Shown piece after piece: positions 38,111-51,593 of a DNA stretch of 64,000 nt; within the stretch, counting starts at the first letter, position 1; each line of letters starts with the position of its first letter. Origin of the DNA: Trypethelium eluteriae (taxonomy: Eukaryota); assembly GCA_051942245.1 (NCBI GenBank), contig JAVECL010000047.1, positions 1-64,000 on the forward strand, read 5' to 3'. The notes under the pieces were generated by a model. It did not search any database, was not told the origin of the DNA, and saw only the letters and a list, made by a program, of their open reading frames with translations. A program made the translations under genes and the position numbers.

Positions 38111-39660
38111 ATGCCGCATCACGATGAGCGTAGGCCATTGTTACAAGAAGAGGGCGAGGAGCCAGAAATCATCCGTTTTGGAAAGGAAGACAGCGGCAAT
38201 CCCAAAGCATGGCCGCGCTCAAAGAAGCTGGCGAATATCGCAGTCATTGCGATGATGGCCAGTAAGACAAGGAATCCCTCCAGATGTTGCTTCAATCGAG
38301 CTGACATGCACCACAGTCCTCAGTCCTTTGGCCAGTTCGATGTTTACCCCCGGGATCAATCAGATCGCAGACGACCTGGGTACCTCAATGCATAGCGTAA
38401 TTGGCGCTACAACTGGGTTCACGGTGATGCTGGGGTTTGGACCTCTTGTGCTTGCGCCCCTTTCTGAAACATTCGGACGTCGAAGGCTCTATATGGTTTG
38501 CTTTACCATATTTACTCTCCTTCAAATCCCGACGGCTCTAAGCCCGAATGTCGAGACCCTCATAGCCATGCGGACTGTGGCAGGTGCTTTTGGAAGCGTA
38601 GGAATCTCTAATGGTGGAGGTACCATCAGTGATATGTTTGAGCCGCATGAGCGCGCTGGTATCTTTGGGTGGTATCTATTGGGGCCGTTACTAGGGTAAG
38701 TCGTATGCTGCGAAACTTCGGGTCGTCATTGCTAACACCGACTTCTTGTACAGACCAACGATAGGTCCGCTTTTTGGTGGCCTAATCGTTCAGCGGCTAA
38801 ACTGGAGATGGATATTCTGGATTCTTGCCATCGTATGCGGCACAAATACCCTGGCCGGCTTCATCTTTTTGAAAGAAACTTATGCTCCGGTTCTTCTCGA
38901 TCGGCGGAGGCGGGAATACGAAAATGACGGAGAAAATGACAGGACCTATCGGTTTGAAGGGCAAGATGATCGGCCACTTTCCTCAAAGCTCGCAGCATCA
39001 CTTATGCGGCCTATTAAGATCTTCATACAGCCCATTGTTCTGACGATGAGCCTCTACCAAGCTTTGGTGTTCGGTACCACCTACAGCTTATACACCAACA
39101 TGCAGAACATCTACTCTGGGATTTATGGCCTTAATACCGAGCAAGTTGGCTTGCTCTATCTCTTTCCTGGCGTCGGGTTTGTGATCGCAGTCCGATTGCT
39201 TGTGCCTCGGATCGACACTGTCTACAATGCGCTCACTAAGCGAAATAAAGGCGAGGCAAAACCTGAGTATCGTCTTCCCCTGGCAAATATAGGTGCGGTC
39301 TTAATTCCGGTGTCATTATTCTGGTTTGCTTGGACCGTTGAGTACCAGTCACCCTGGCCAGTATCGATAGTCAGCACGCTGTTCTATGGCATTGGTCAAG
39401 TCATGATCATCAACTGTGTTCAGAACTATTACATTGATTCCTTTGAGAAGTATGCCGCGTCCGCCATCGCAGCTGGCGCAGTCTTTCGCTCCGTAGTCGG
39501 CGGGATAACGCCACTTTTCGCACCTTTAATATTTGAAAAGCTGGGGTATGGGTGGGGAATATCAGTCTTTGCATTTCTATCCGTACTCATCGCCCCGGCG
39601 CCGCTCATCTTCTATAGATTTGGCGGCTACATCCGGGAAAGGTTTCATATCGAGCTTTGA
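38111..39660 (+). CDS. MFS multidrug transporter (DHA1 family)
   Basis: NPKAW, APLSETFGRR, GPLLG|PTIGP..GG..WRWIFW, KETYAPVLL, PEYRL; 3 exons. Confidence 0.92.
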
Positions 39661-39871
39661 GTCAAAGAAAGATTTGCATAAGCATAGCGTGCGGCGTCAA
39701 TGACATGTTGGGTAAATCTAATGTACATTTTCGATACGCCAGCCTAGTCATGATGCTACCTAGCCAATTTATCAAAAATACATCCTTTCATGCTTTTCGT
39801 GATACTCCAACGGGTAAAGGTGGAAATTTGATAAGGGATGTGCCGCAGTGCTGTATTGCCACATACCCGCC

Positions 39872-41044
39872 TTACAATTCGCTCTTGTCCTCGTCGCTCT
39901 CAGTCTTTTCAGTGCCAACAAACCTCTTCAAGATGTTGCTTCTCTTAGTGATGTCGTCAATCTTCTCCGGAGCTAAGCCACCTTTCTTGATGATCCCTGA
40001 TAGACGGCCCAATTCCTTGTTCACATACTGCTGGTTCTCGCTCAACTTGTCGAAGACCTTGACGTAGTATTCCGCGTACTTGTCCTTCAACCCACCGGCA
40101 GCTTTTTGAGCTTCCTTGCTCACACTCGCCAACGTGTTCTGGCCACCTTCTGTGAATTTGGCGACAATGGTATCCAGTGCCTCAATCGTGCCCGCAGCAG
40201 CATCCAAGCCACCGCCAACAGCCCGATGAGTACCAGTCTTCTCATTCAAGAAGGTGATGAACTCAGCCTCAGTACGACCACCCTCATAGGGGATAGCAGT
40301 ATCCTGGCCCTTAGGAAAGAACTTGATAGTTGGGTATGACTTTACGCCCTGTTCTTGGGCAGTAGCTTTGGCATCAGGGGCTTCGGCGTCGACTTTAGCG
40401 ATCGTGACATTGGGCTCAAGGCTAAAGGTTTGAGCGAGGGTTTCCCAAGTCGGAGCTAGTTTCTTGCAGTCTAGCAAACGACATTAGTACAATGAAGCAA
40501 AAGGACTGCCAGGAAAGAACCACAACATACGTCCACACCACGGTGCTGTAAAGGCAACCAAGACATTCTTGTCCTTTCCGATAGTATCGCCAAAAGTCTT
40601 ATCCGTCAGCGTCTCCACCTGACTAGGCGCCACTGCCTTCTTCCTAGGCTTCAATCCGGTCTTCTCTGCGATAAACCCTTGCAGACTCTCGATATCCCTC
40701 CCACTCTTGTAATCTTCTGGCGAATCACTCTTGCCATCGAACCACTTCAGCGTCGGAAAGCCCGACACTCCAAATTTCCGACCTAGATCTTTGTGGCTGT
40801 CGGCGTCGACCTTGGCAATCTGGACCTTCTCCTTGGCGAATTGGTACGAATCGGCCAACTCCTCGTACACGGGAGCGAGGTTCTTGCAGTGCCCACACCA
40901 TGGGGCGAAAAATTCGACGAGAGAAGGTTTGCCGGATTTGAGAACAACGGAATCGAAGTTTGAGGGTTCGAGGTCGAGGACTGAGGATGCGGCGGCGGAT
41001 ACAACGACGAGAGAAGAAAACAAAAGCTGCTTAATGGGCGCCAT
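39872..41044 (-). CDS. tigA: Protein disulfide isomerase TigA/Erp38-type
   Basis: Signal peptide, two WCGHCK thioredoxin sites (the second split by an intron), ERp29-like C-terminal domain, KSEL retention-like end. Confidence 0.9.
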
Positions 41045-41477
41045 GTTGGGAAGCTAGCTTAGTGGAAGTAATTCAAAGTGTGAATTGAGAGACTCCAGTA
41101 TGGGGTGGAGTCGAAGGCGATATGTTAAATAATAGAGGAGTTCTGATTTCTCATCGGCGAAGGGCTACGTTGCAACTTCCACAAACTACTATTGGACACA
41201 ACCTCTCACATCAGTAATCCACCTCTGAACTCCAAATACTCATTTGACCGGTGTAGAGCATACGTACCTACCAAACTAATTTCCATGATAATGAGCTTTC
41301 AAGATTTGGCATTCCATACTCTGTAGCAATTCCTAGCTAAACTTCAATGTTCACCCTTAAAAGATGAGGTAATTAGGTATTAACAGGAACAGGGAGAGAG
41401 AGCCACTAATGGAGATCATGTCTACTAATCCTCACACGAGTTCGGACGTGCAATATCTTATACTGATTGAGCCATAC

Positions 41478-43330
41478 TCATAGTCTCGCATTTGCCCGCT
41501 TGCTCTTTCCAGGTCTATGCTTCTTATCCTTCTTCCCCTTCATCTTCTTGGTGGAAAAGCCGCTCATGTCATTCGTCGAGTTTGCATCGTTGTTCTTTGC
41601 ATGCCTCTTCTTGCCGCCAAATCCGTATTTCTCGTCTTTCTTTTGCCTCTTCGCATTCGGTTTCCCAGCTGCCGCAGCTTTACGCGCGGCTCGCTCTTTC
41701 CTGTCTGTCTCTGCTGCATCCTCAAGGGCGACATCAAATAGTTCCGATTCATCTGCTGCGTCGAGCCCGGCATTTTGCCGTTCTAGATATCGGATAGATT
41801 AGCATCTTCACACATGACAGGCGTGGCAACCAGAATCTACAAGGGTTCATGGGGTGGCACGTACTCCTCTTCAATACGTTGATCTTCTCCATGGTATCCC
41901 GCTTCTCCTTAGCTCGCTCTTGTTGCTTAGCAATCTGAACTTGCTTTCCGAACTTCTTTAGGTCCCTCTGCTTGCGTGCCTCTGCTGCTGCCTTCTTGCC
42001 AGCTGCCTCATCCACGAGCTTCTGCTTGATCTTGCCCATGTGCTCATCGCTCTTGACCATCTCAGCGAAGTAGTCTGCCGGTCGTGAAAATGGCACATCC
42101 TCCTTTTTGAGTTTGCGACGTGCTTCGTTGGCAGCATCGAGGCATTGCCGATAGAATGCCAGTTCTCGCTCCAGGTCATCATTAATGTCAGTGATTTGCA
42201 CAGGCTCTGTGGTAGTCGTTGTCATATGGTCTGAAAATTGAAGCTTGGAATAAGGAAGTGCAATTGATTTCCAGGCTTTCTCAAGGGCAGCCCGATTATT
42301 GATCGAAAGACGCTGGTGGGGAATAATGTCGCCCTTTTCTTCTGATGCAAGCGAGTCTAGATCAGATAGGGGTATATCTTCTTCGACCTCCACATTTTCT
42401 GATGCGCGACCTTCTTGACCCTCCATTTGGGCTTGAGTTACGTCGTCTACAGCATCAGCGATGATGGCATCCTCATCATCCTCATCATCCTCGTCATCAC
42501 TATCACTACTATCACTGTCGTCGAGGCGAGATGCGTCAATCTTTGAGAATGGGTTGTTAGCTGTTAGGCTTTCTTGAGCTGTTAGACTGGTGGCATACCG
42601 TTACACGCTCTTCTCCGTTTTCAATTTCGTCCGCTTCGTCTGAGTCGGCGGAGCCTTCGCCCTTCTCCGAGGGTTCGTCTTCGGCTTCACTCGAAGCTGC
42701 GGGTACTTGTGCTGGCTTCACTGCCCTTTCAGCTTTTTGCTCCCTCCCAACTTTGGCCTTGCCTTGGACTGCTTTTGATTCTTCAATTGAACTTTCAGCA
42801 GTGGCTTTTTTCTGCTTCTTAATGCCCTCCTTTTCGCCCTCTGACTGAGCAGTTGCTGCATTTTTGCGTTTCTTGCCCAAATTGGTCTGTTCTTTGGGTT
42901 GAGAGTCAGCTCCGTCCGTCCTAGTAGCTTGCTGCTCTGTAGCAAATGTGATATCCTCAGGCCCGTTTTTGTCTCCATTTAGCTTGACACCACCATTATC
43001 ACTCGCAGCCCCGTTGTCCGATGACGGAGGTGATGATTCCCTCGAAGCACTCTCTTTGCCCAGGCCCATCTCAGCGAGACGTTGTTCACGTATATTCTTT
43101 GCTTCGCGTATTCTGGCCTCCTCCTTCTTCCTTTGGCGGTTGCTCATGCCCTTCATATATGACATGTCGATTTCCATACCATTGATGATGGCTTGCATCC
43201 TCAGACTCCGTTTCTCTTCGCGCTTCTTCTTCTCACGATCGTACTTGACCTGCTTTTTCTCGAAATTGGGATTTGCAAGATTTTTGAGCCGATTGGCCTC
43301 CATCTGAGCTTTGCGGTGTGAATACTTCAT
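41478..43330 (-). CDS. EBP2: rRNA-processing protein EBP2, 3 exons
   Basis: DDLERELAFYRQCL, FSRPADYFAEMVKSDEHMGKIK, QRDLKKFGKQVQ; last exon KYGFGGKKR..RPGKSKR; long charged N-terminal exon. Confidence 0.92.
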
Positions 43331-43656
43331 GTCGGATAGAGTTGAACCTCTTATAGGAATTTTTTGCAGAGCAATATGCAAGTACTAGAATCCTTTTCTG
43401 CTCGTGAAGCATGCACAAAAGAAGAGTTCGAAGCTTTAATTGAGGTGGGCTACGATCAAAAATCCCGAGCTGCGGGGCAGAATTTCGGAAGAGCTTCACC
43501 GCCAAAAAGAGTACCAAGCCGTCTGCTCTCACCTCAAGCAAGTACAATACCTACCTTACCTCAAGTACTCCAATAAAAGCCTCCAAGATTTTGACTTGCA
43601 CTCGACCTGTCATCCTGCACCCACGAGAAACTTGCATGCCATTATTACTTGGGAAC

Positions 43657-43983
43657 ATGTCCAAAAAGGAGGATCGATCGTCCGTCTCTTTGGAACAAGT
43701 AAGCGCGCCCCATCAGACAGCTTCATCAGCGTTTAACAAGACTTAGAGCGAAGGAGCACCCGCCGAGCTAACCGCCGTTGTTGACGAATTACTCCAACAA
43801 TTGCAATCCAAGTTCTCCAATATTTCATCTGACCTTCTTGCTAAGAGTATGTTTCATTTGTAGTTGCAAATAGACATAAGCTAAATCCGGATCATAGTGG
43901 ATGACATGTCAAGACGACTTGACAACCTTGAGGCTACGATTCAAGCGAGCAACTCTGGACCTGATGGAGAACAGAAGCCTTAA
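43657..43983 (+). CDS. HSBP1: Heat shock factor binding protein 1 (HSBP1 family), 3 exons, missed by the ORF track
   Basis: Spliced product MSKKEDRSSVSLEQ|SEGAPAELTAVVDELLQQLQSKFSNISSDLLAK|MDDMSRRLDNLEATIQ..; canonical GTAAGC and GTATGT donors. Confidence 0.88.
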
Positions 43984-44374
43984 AACAGAAGCCACTAGTA
44001 GACTTCGCTTTTTCTTTGTTGAGTATCACGAAATGCCGCTCTTGCATTTATATTCACACCGGGATTTCTGGAGAAGCGCACTTTCATGGAAGGATCATGT
44101 AAGAGCCCATTGACTTTTGTTCAAGACAAACATCGCCGTCCCGCTCTTGACTCACTATATCGGTCTCTGGCCGTCATTGCAAGAAGCATCAGGCAAGGTT
44201 CTATGCAACCCTCAGAAGAGGAAGCATCGCATCCAGCTGAAGATTCACACCAAAACACTACGCCTGACGAACGCCATTGCTATCCACCTTGGTATCATCA
44301 ACCATTAGAAAAAAAATGTTGGTGCCGAGTCAGGAGCAACACAGTGGACAAGGCGAATGACTGGACCAGAGAGC

Positions 44375-45993
44375 CTATCTACTAGCTGAACCACCGGGTT
44401 CAAGCTGTTGTCTAGCGGCCATCTCACGGATCCTCTTAATCAAATTACTATACACGATTAGCAAGTTGCCAGAGAAGAAGCGTCAAGGGATTATTCGTAC
44501 CCTACGGGCAAGCCTGCTGCGAGTTCACCCTCCTTCTTCACCAACTCCACGCGCTCCTCGCCTTCCTCTGAATGCACTTTGAGGTGCTCTTCTATTAGGC
44601 TCTTTCCTGGCTCCTTGCTCGCGCCGTAAACTTTACGCAGACAGCCATCGTACGTACACGTCCACACGTCCCCAGGTCCCTGCGCTATCATGGACGGCCG
44701 CTGTTCAGTCACAATCGTAAAAGGGGGTCTGGTCGGGCCTCCTCCAGCCAGCGGATCACTCTTCCAACGGAGCGGTAATGCAGCGCTTTTATTGGCTTCG
44801 AAGGAAGCTTGGTTCGGATCAGCCATCTCAACGTCGTCGTCGTCAGAGGGCATGTCAATTGCCTCATCTTCGTCAAAACCTAGCTGTGGGTTGTTTCTCA
44901 GCAACCGCTTCGGCGGCTGGCGTTCAAGTACTTCGGGATTTTTCCGCTTGGGTAAATGCATTGGGCTTTCTGAAACTTCGTCATCTGAGTCCTCTCTGAG
45001 TGGGTTGACTGTCGTCGTTTTTGGGCGCAATGCTGATGTGCTTTTACCCTTGCCCTTGCCTTTTTGTGCCGTTCTACGATCGATTGGCACATCGCTATCG
45101 CCCCCGGAATCGTCAATGTCGCTCTCAGTGGATTTGACTTGTTGCAACGGTGTGGCACTTTGGCCAGGAAGCCGTCCGTTCCTGAGAGGTCTTTCTCTCC
45201 GAGCGGGCACTGCAGGATCCGCCATTTTTGTCTCATTTTCTGTATCTCTGTCGATAGACGATAGGCGCTCGGCTTCGACGGAATCTTCTTTTAATTTTGC
45301 ATTCCTTTTTCTCTTCAAACGCCGATTCCGAGGTTGAGCAGCTTCGAAGCCAGCAGGGAACCTCTCAGCCATGTGTTTGTAGAATAGTGTTCGTTCCCAA
45401 TCAATATCCTCCTTCCCAAGCGCCATGCAGGTAAAAAGCCAGTGTCGGTGCTTATAAATTGCATTTGCTGCATCTTCGGCATCGGCACAATTGACTGTTG
45501 CGTGACAGTATTCAGTGAAAATCTTCTTTGGACTTGGTGCCATCTTTTCCTTCTTCTTAGCTCTTCCTGATTGCCCGCGATGCATGTCCGCGATGAAGTA
45601 GAGGATCTTCACTGCCTCGATCATTTCTTGGTAGATAGGTTTGTATGCCCTCGAAGGCCGAATCTTGAAATAGCCGGCAAGGCCAGCAGCCCATATGTCG
45701 ATTGCACCATCATCGTAGATCCCGTAAGAATACCGATCCACATTTTTTATCTCGAGAGGTACAGCGCGAGTGTAGCTGGGCTTTAACAATAAATGTAATT
45801 GACTTTTATCAACGCCCTCCAGTTTACCTGTGATGTTGACTGGTGCGTGCTCATCGGCATGGAGCAGAGGGACGAGCTCTCCAGTTTGGCCATGATGGAC
45901 CTCAGCATTGGTTAACAAAAACTCTGGCCAGTCATTGTCATTCGTGATGGTGGGGTCTTTCGGCTTGAGAATGTCGGACTCATTGGGAGGCAT
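44375..45993 (-). CDS. RFTS (DNMT1 replication-foci) domain plus C2H2 finger protein, Raf2/DIM-7-like
   Basis: N-terminal DWPEFLLTNAEV..IWAAGLAGYFKIRPSRAYKPIYQEM (RFTS-like), C-terminal CTYDGC..HLKVH finger, short last exon NLIKRIREMA. Confidence 0.7.
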
Positions 45994-46293
45994 ATCTGCG
46001 AGCGGATTGATTGCATGCTTCTTGGGATCAGTCAGTCTATATGAGAGTCATAGAGGAACACCATTGGACCCGGTTCGACAACAGACAAGGACGCGTGGAG
46101 AGGCGCACAGTCACTCCGTACGAGGGCAGACGCGGAAGACCCGCGGAGGGCGCAAAGTGTAGTGTGGTCCAAGCTCCTTGGAGTTTTTCGCATTCATTCT
46201 TTCTAGAGATCTACATTCGCTCCTCCAGCATGCCTTGACTTCCCTTGCTCAGTTGGGTCCATGTCGGCGCGCACTTGGATCTCGCGCTCTATC

Positions 46294-47643
46294 ATGCCTA
46301 CGATTGAGGGTGTCGTTGGTATGTACGTTGTGTCCACCTTCATCCAAGAGCCAAGCACTAACTCAACTCTTACTGCTGTAGCCATCAATAAGCCTCCTTC
46401 TCTAAGCTCTGCTGGGGCGCTTCGCAAATTGCAAGAGCAATTCAACCCTTCAAAATTGTTCGCGCCTCTGATAGCCAATGAAGAATCCCAACGAGTGAAA
46501 AATTTCGATGACCAGAGGAAGAGGCGCTCGCGTCGCGCGCGTCAGTCCCCGAAAGTCAAGCTTGGCCATGGCGGTACCCTCGATCCTCTCGCCACTGGTG
46601 TTCTTGCTGTAGGAATCGGCAAAGGTACAAAGTCGCTCGGTCGATTCCTTGATTGCACGAAAGGCTATGAATGTGTAGTTCTATTTGGCGCAGCGACGGA
46701 CTCCTACGACCGAGTAGGAAAAGTCATTGGGCGAGCGCCATATGCCCATATCAATAAAGAGCAGATTGAGCAGGCTCTAAGTAAGTTTAGGGGGAAAATT
46801 ATGCAGAAGCCGCCAATATTCTCTGCGCTTAAGGTGGAAGGAAAGAAGATGTACGAATATGCTCGAGAAGGCAAGGAGCTCCCTATTGAAATCCAAGAAC
46901 GCCCTGTCGAAGTACTAGACCTCGAGATGGTGGAATGGCTGGAAGGAGGAACACATAGTCATGAAATACCTAAGACAGAGGCTGACGGCGAGGAGAAGAT
47001 AGTTGCGAACAAGCTACTTCATTTAGACGAGACCATAGACCCACCCTTAGGGGCAGAAGAGGATGACGCTGGGGACAAGACGCAATCAGGTGCTAAGCGA
47101 TCGCGTACGAAAAGCACAGAAGATGAGTTCGTAATAGATGCTCCAGCAAAGCGAGTTAGGCATTCGTCGGGATCTCCAATGATGTCGGGTGCTTTGCCTC
47201 CAGAGGAAGGCACTGAAAGCCTCCGCAGTGAAGAAATGAGGGAACAGGAAATCAAAGTGCAAAACCTAGACGAGCCGCAAGAAAATACTCAACCCCCTGA
47301 ACACAAATTAGATAGGCCTTCCGGACCGCCCGCTGCAAAGATCCGTATGACTGTGACGTCCGGCTTCTATGTTAGATCTTTCTGTCACGATCTTGGCGCT
47401 GCAGTCGGCTCACTTGCACTTATGAGTGAGCTTGTTCGAACTCGCCAGGGGGCCTTCGAGCTTGGGAGGAACGTGCTTAACTATGATATTTTTGATAAGG
47501 GTGAAGAAACCTGGGCTCCGGAGGTGCAAAGTCGACTGGAAGATTGGTCAAGAAAATCAGGTTCAATTGACGAAGTCAACGAGGATCATCGTGACGAGGC
47601 TAGACGAAGAAATAGCTCAAGTGAGGTGGAGGATCGCTCCTGA
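46294..47643 (+). CDS. PUS4: tRNA pseudouridine-55 synthase (TruB family)
   Basis: AINKP, KLGHGGTLDPLATGVL, QKPPIFSALKVEGK, VTSGFYVRSFCHDLG; in-frame 5' intron. Confidence 0.93.
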   Translation: MPTIEGVVGMYVVSTFIQEPSTNSTLTAVAINKPPSLSSAGALRKLQEQFNPSKLFAPLIANEESQRVKNFDDQRKRRSRRARQSPKVKLGHGGTLDPLATGVLAVGIGKGTKSLGRFLDCTKGYECVVLFGAATDSYDRVGKVIGRAPYAHINKEQIEQALSKFRGKIMQKPPIFSALKVEGKKMYEYAREGKELPIEIQERPVEVLDLEMVEWLEGGTHSHEIPKTEADGEEKIVANKLLHLDETIDPPLGAEEDDAGDKTQSGAKRSRTKSTEDEFVIDAPAKRVRHSSGSPMMSGALPPEEGTESLRSEEMREQEIKVQNLDEPQENTQPPEHKLDRPSGPPAAKIRMTVTSGFYVRSFCHDLGAAVGSLALMSELVRTRQGAFELGRNVLNYDIFDKGEETWAPEVQSRLEDWSRKSGSIDEVNEDHRDEARRRNSSSEVEDRS

Positions 47644-47827
47644 TACCCAAAAATCCCAGAATTTACATAGTGTTACAGATGATGAAGCTTGACTAGACTT
47701 CGCAAATACCTGCCATAACGCCAATATGCTGAGACGATGGGCTGTCATCCTTGGAACTGGGACAATGTCTCCCGATGCTTCGCAATAAGAACCCGCCAAC
47801 GCCAAGATGCATTCAATGCATTTCACT

Positions 47828-49275
47828 CTATGCGCCTCCAGCTTGTGCGGAAGAAGTCGCTTCATGAACTGCGGCAACTGCTTGCTTCTCTTCCTCGGTA
47901 CTTTCTTGATTGATAAAGATAAATGACAAAAGGACAATGGCTGCTCCAAACCAATAAAGCAAACTCGAGGTTTGCGAATTTAGAATCATCTGGCCAATGA
48001 GTGTAAGTGGTATGGTCATGCTTAGCCCAACCGTTACGACCAATGGAGACGTGAGGAGCATGGCATATGCCCAGCAGTAATCAGCGACCAATGAGCTTGC
48101 TGAATTGACCTAGCATGATCTTAGTATTGTGACTACAATGTAAACGGTATAGAAACGACATAGAGACTCACCAACACTATTATAAGAATCCGACTGTCCG
48201 GCGGCAATTCAAACTCCTCCACACCGGTGTAGTGAAGGATGATCAGACCAGGCCAGAGCAAGAGAATATTCAAGAACCCCACAAAGCCAAAGAAAAGCGG
48301 CATGTTAATCCGCGTCTCGTCACCCACTCTCTTCTTCAAGAAGACTGAATAGATACCATAAAGGACAGCACTTAAGAAGGCAAGAGAATCGCCGATTGCG
48401 ATCTGCTGACGCGACTTGTGCGGAAAGGATCCACGTGTATCATCGTTCTCTCCAGAGAGGTCGACGGTGGAAATCATGATGATACCCGTCAGCGAAGCCA
48501 GCACACCGAGAAGCTTTTTGATATTAAAGCGTTCTACGCGCATCACCGCACCGATTAGAAGAGTCCAGATACTGCTAGTTGAAGTTAGGATAGTGCCGCT
48601 CGCCACGGTAGTATATTCTAAACAGGCGGCGACGAAGTAGTTCGCCAGATACCAGATGATGCAGAACTCGAGCCCTAGTTTGGCCGTTTCCGCGAGATCG
48701 AATGGGTCCGATGTGGATATTAGTTGAGTGCCTGGCACAACAGGAGCAGTGCTATCATCCTCTTCAAGGGCCAGCCTATTTGAAATTGTTTGGCGTAGAG
48801 GTGAATCGTCGTTCTCGACACGCAAGAGCGCAGCGCCCTCGACATCGTGACCTTCGATTCGTGAATATCGAGCACCGCGAACTCTATTCACTAAACGTGA
48901 GAACTGAGACGGATCCTTGCTGTATATTCGTATAAGGGCCGGAATGAAAGGGAGAATGAAGAATGCTGTGTTAATGTAGGTAACGAAGTAGGGTTTCGAA
49001 TATGAATCGTCGGCGAAGATTGTCTAGTGATACCATTAGCTTCCATAGAAGGATTAGATCATTCTCAGAAACTCTTGACGTACACTAGCAAGAAAATTCG
49101 AAGCAGTCCAGAGAAAGACAGTTGCAAGCAAAAGGATGATGCCCAATGTATGCCTCCACCTGCTCAACTTCGTCCTTGATTTTGCGCCGTCAAAGACAAC
49201 ATCCTCAGGCGAAGGGATGCTTGCTTCATTCTCCCGATGCTGCCCCTCTTCGCCTCGTGTATCCAGAGTCATGAT
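47828..49275 (-). CDS. EamA/SLC35F5-type transporter (Thi74/YML018C-like), 3 exons
   Basis: LWTASNFLAS|..YSKPYFVTYINT, ETAKLGLEFC, TVASGTILTSTSS, YAMLLTSPLVVTVGLSMTIP. Confidence 0.88.
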
Positions 49276-50056
49276 GAAATCAGCGTCTACTGGCTTCGCG
49301 CTCGCCGTTAGAGAGGCTCAGGGCCGAGTGGCGTAAGGTTCCGGTCGAGAGATCTGATGAGGCGCATGGGAAAGCTTTGTAGTCAACAGCGTTGTGCAAA
49401 GAGTGCTCTGGCACCGCCATAGGCTACCCTGGTCCCATGCGGTCTTTCTCCAAAGACGAGGCGTGGAAGTGGGCAACATGCGTGATCGAGTCGCCTGATA
49501 CGCAGGCTGCTGCAAGGTTAAGAGCCCTATGACCCGAAATCGCTGACCGAATTTGGCCGGTGGAGGATGGCCGCATACTAAGAATCCCACAGCAATATGC
49601 ACCTACATACAAGAGCCCTGGAGAATTTTGCAGCAGAATGACAGGGAACTACAGGTGAATCTCCGCGACAAGTCCCTTTAAGCTTTATATGAGTTGGGAG
49701 ACCGCCGTCAAGATCTCAAGCATTGGGTGTACCGATAACATCTTTATTGCACTTCCAGTTGCTGTCCTATATATCACAAGGTTCGGACACCGACAAGGCA
49801 CCCCCGGATTGGGCATGGTAGCATCTCGTCTGACTGGTACTCAGACTCTGATTGCGATATATACATTCGCTCTGGTAGAAGCACATTATCGCCAGCTTTC
49901 TAGTATAACAAGCGGAAAACGAAAGCACTCAGGACGCCACCTTGCGCCTAGCTCCAGGAGCTGGCCTTGCTGAATCACATGTCGAGCTTGGTGTCCTCTT
50001 TACATACGGGATGTTTCTGCCAATAATGCGCGCTAATTATAACAGTACAGAATCAA

Positions 50057-51012
<956 letters not shown>

Positions 51013-51593
51013 TGTTTCCAAGCTCTTAAAAGCTCCAAAAGAGAGATCCCACTACGTCTTCCGGCGCGACCACGATTTGGCAAAGCAGAGACCTTAAGTT
51101 TCTCCGGTACAGATCGAGGGTCGAGACAAAAGCGTCAGATGTGAGGTCGGCAGCGCCAAGGTGATGAAAAGTCTTGAGTGTGTCAAGCGTTAGGTATAAG
51201 TAGTTCAATGCGCTGTGGTCTAGCTGCTCTCGTGCCGCATGAGGTCACGTCCGGGCAATGTCATTATGAGACTAGATTACGCCGTTCCGGCTGTACATAC
51301 TGGTCAGTTCTGCCATTACTTTTTCTTCTTCTCCAATATGGGACATGGGGCGAAATGCAAGCCTGTTGCTCCGTACTGAGATGATCTTCGTTGCTAAAGA
51401 GTTGGATTGCTTTATTTATTTGGACTTAATTACCGATAACTTCAAGCGCATTCCATATCTCCGTTTCTTATTGCGAAGTGGAGGTTTGGTCTTTATTCAT
51501 CGGGTCTCTTCATCCTACTACCAGAATGCTAAGCAGATTTGGAGCTCCGAAAACACCTTACTTTCCATATGAGAGGAGCTTCAGTCCCCAAAT

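Noticed and set aside
44690..45337. 215-aa + strand ORF
   Set aside because: Antisense to the low-complexity part of the RFTS-domain gene
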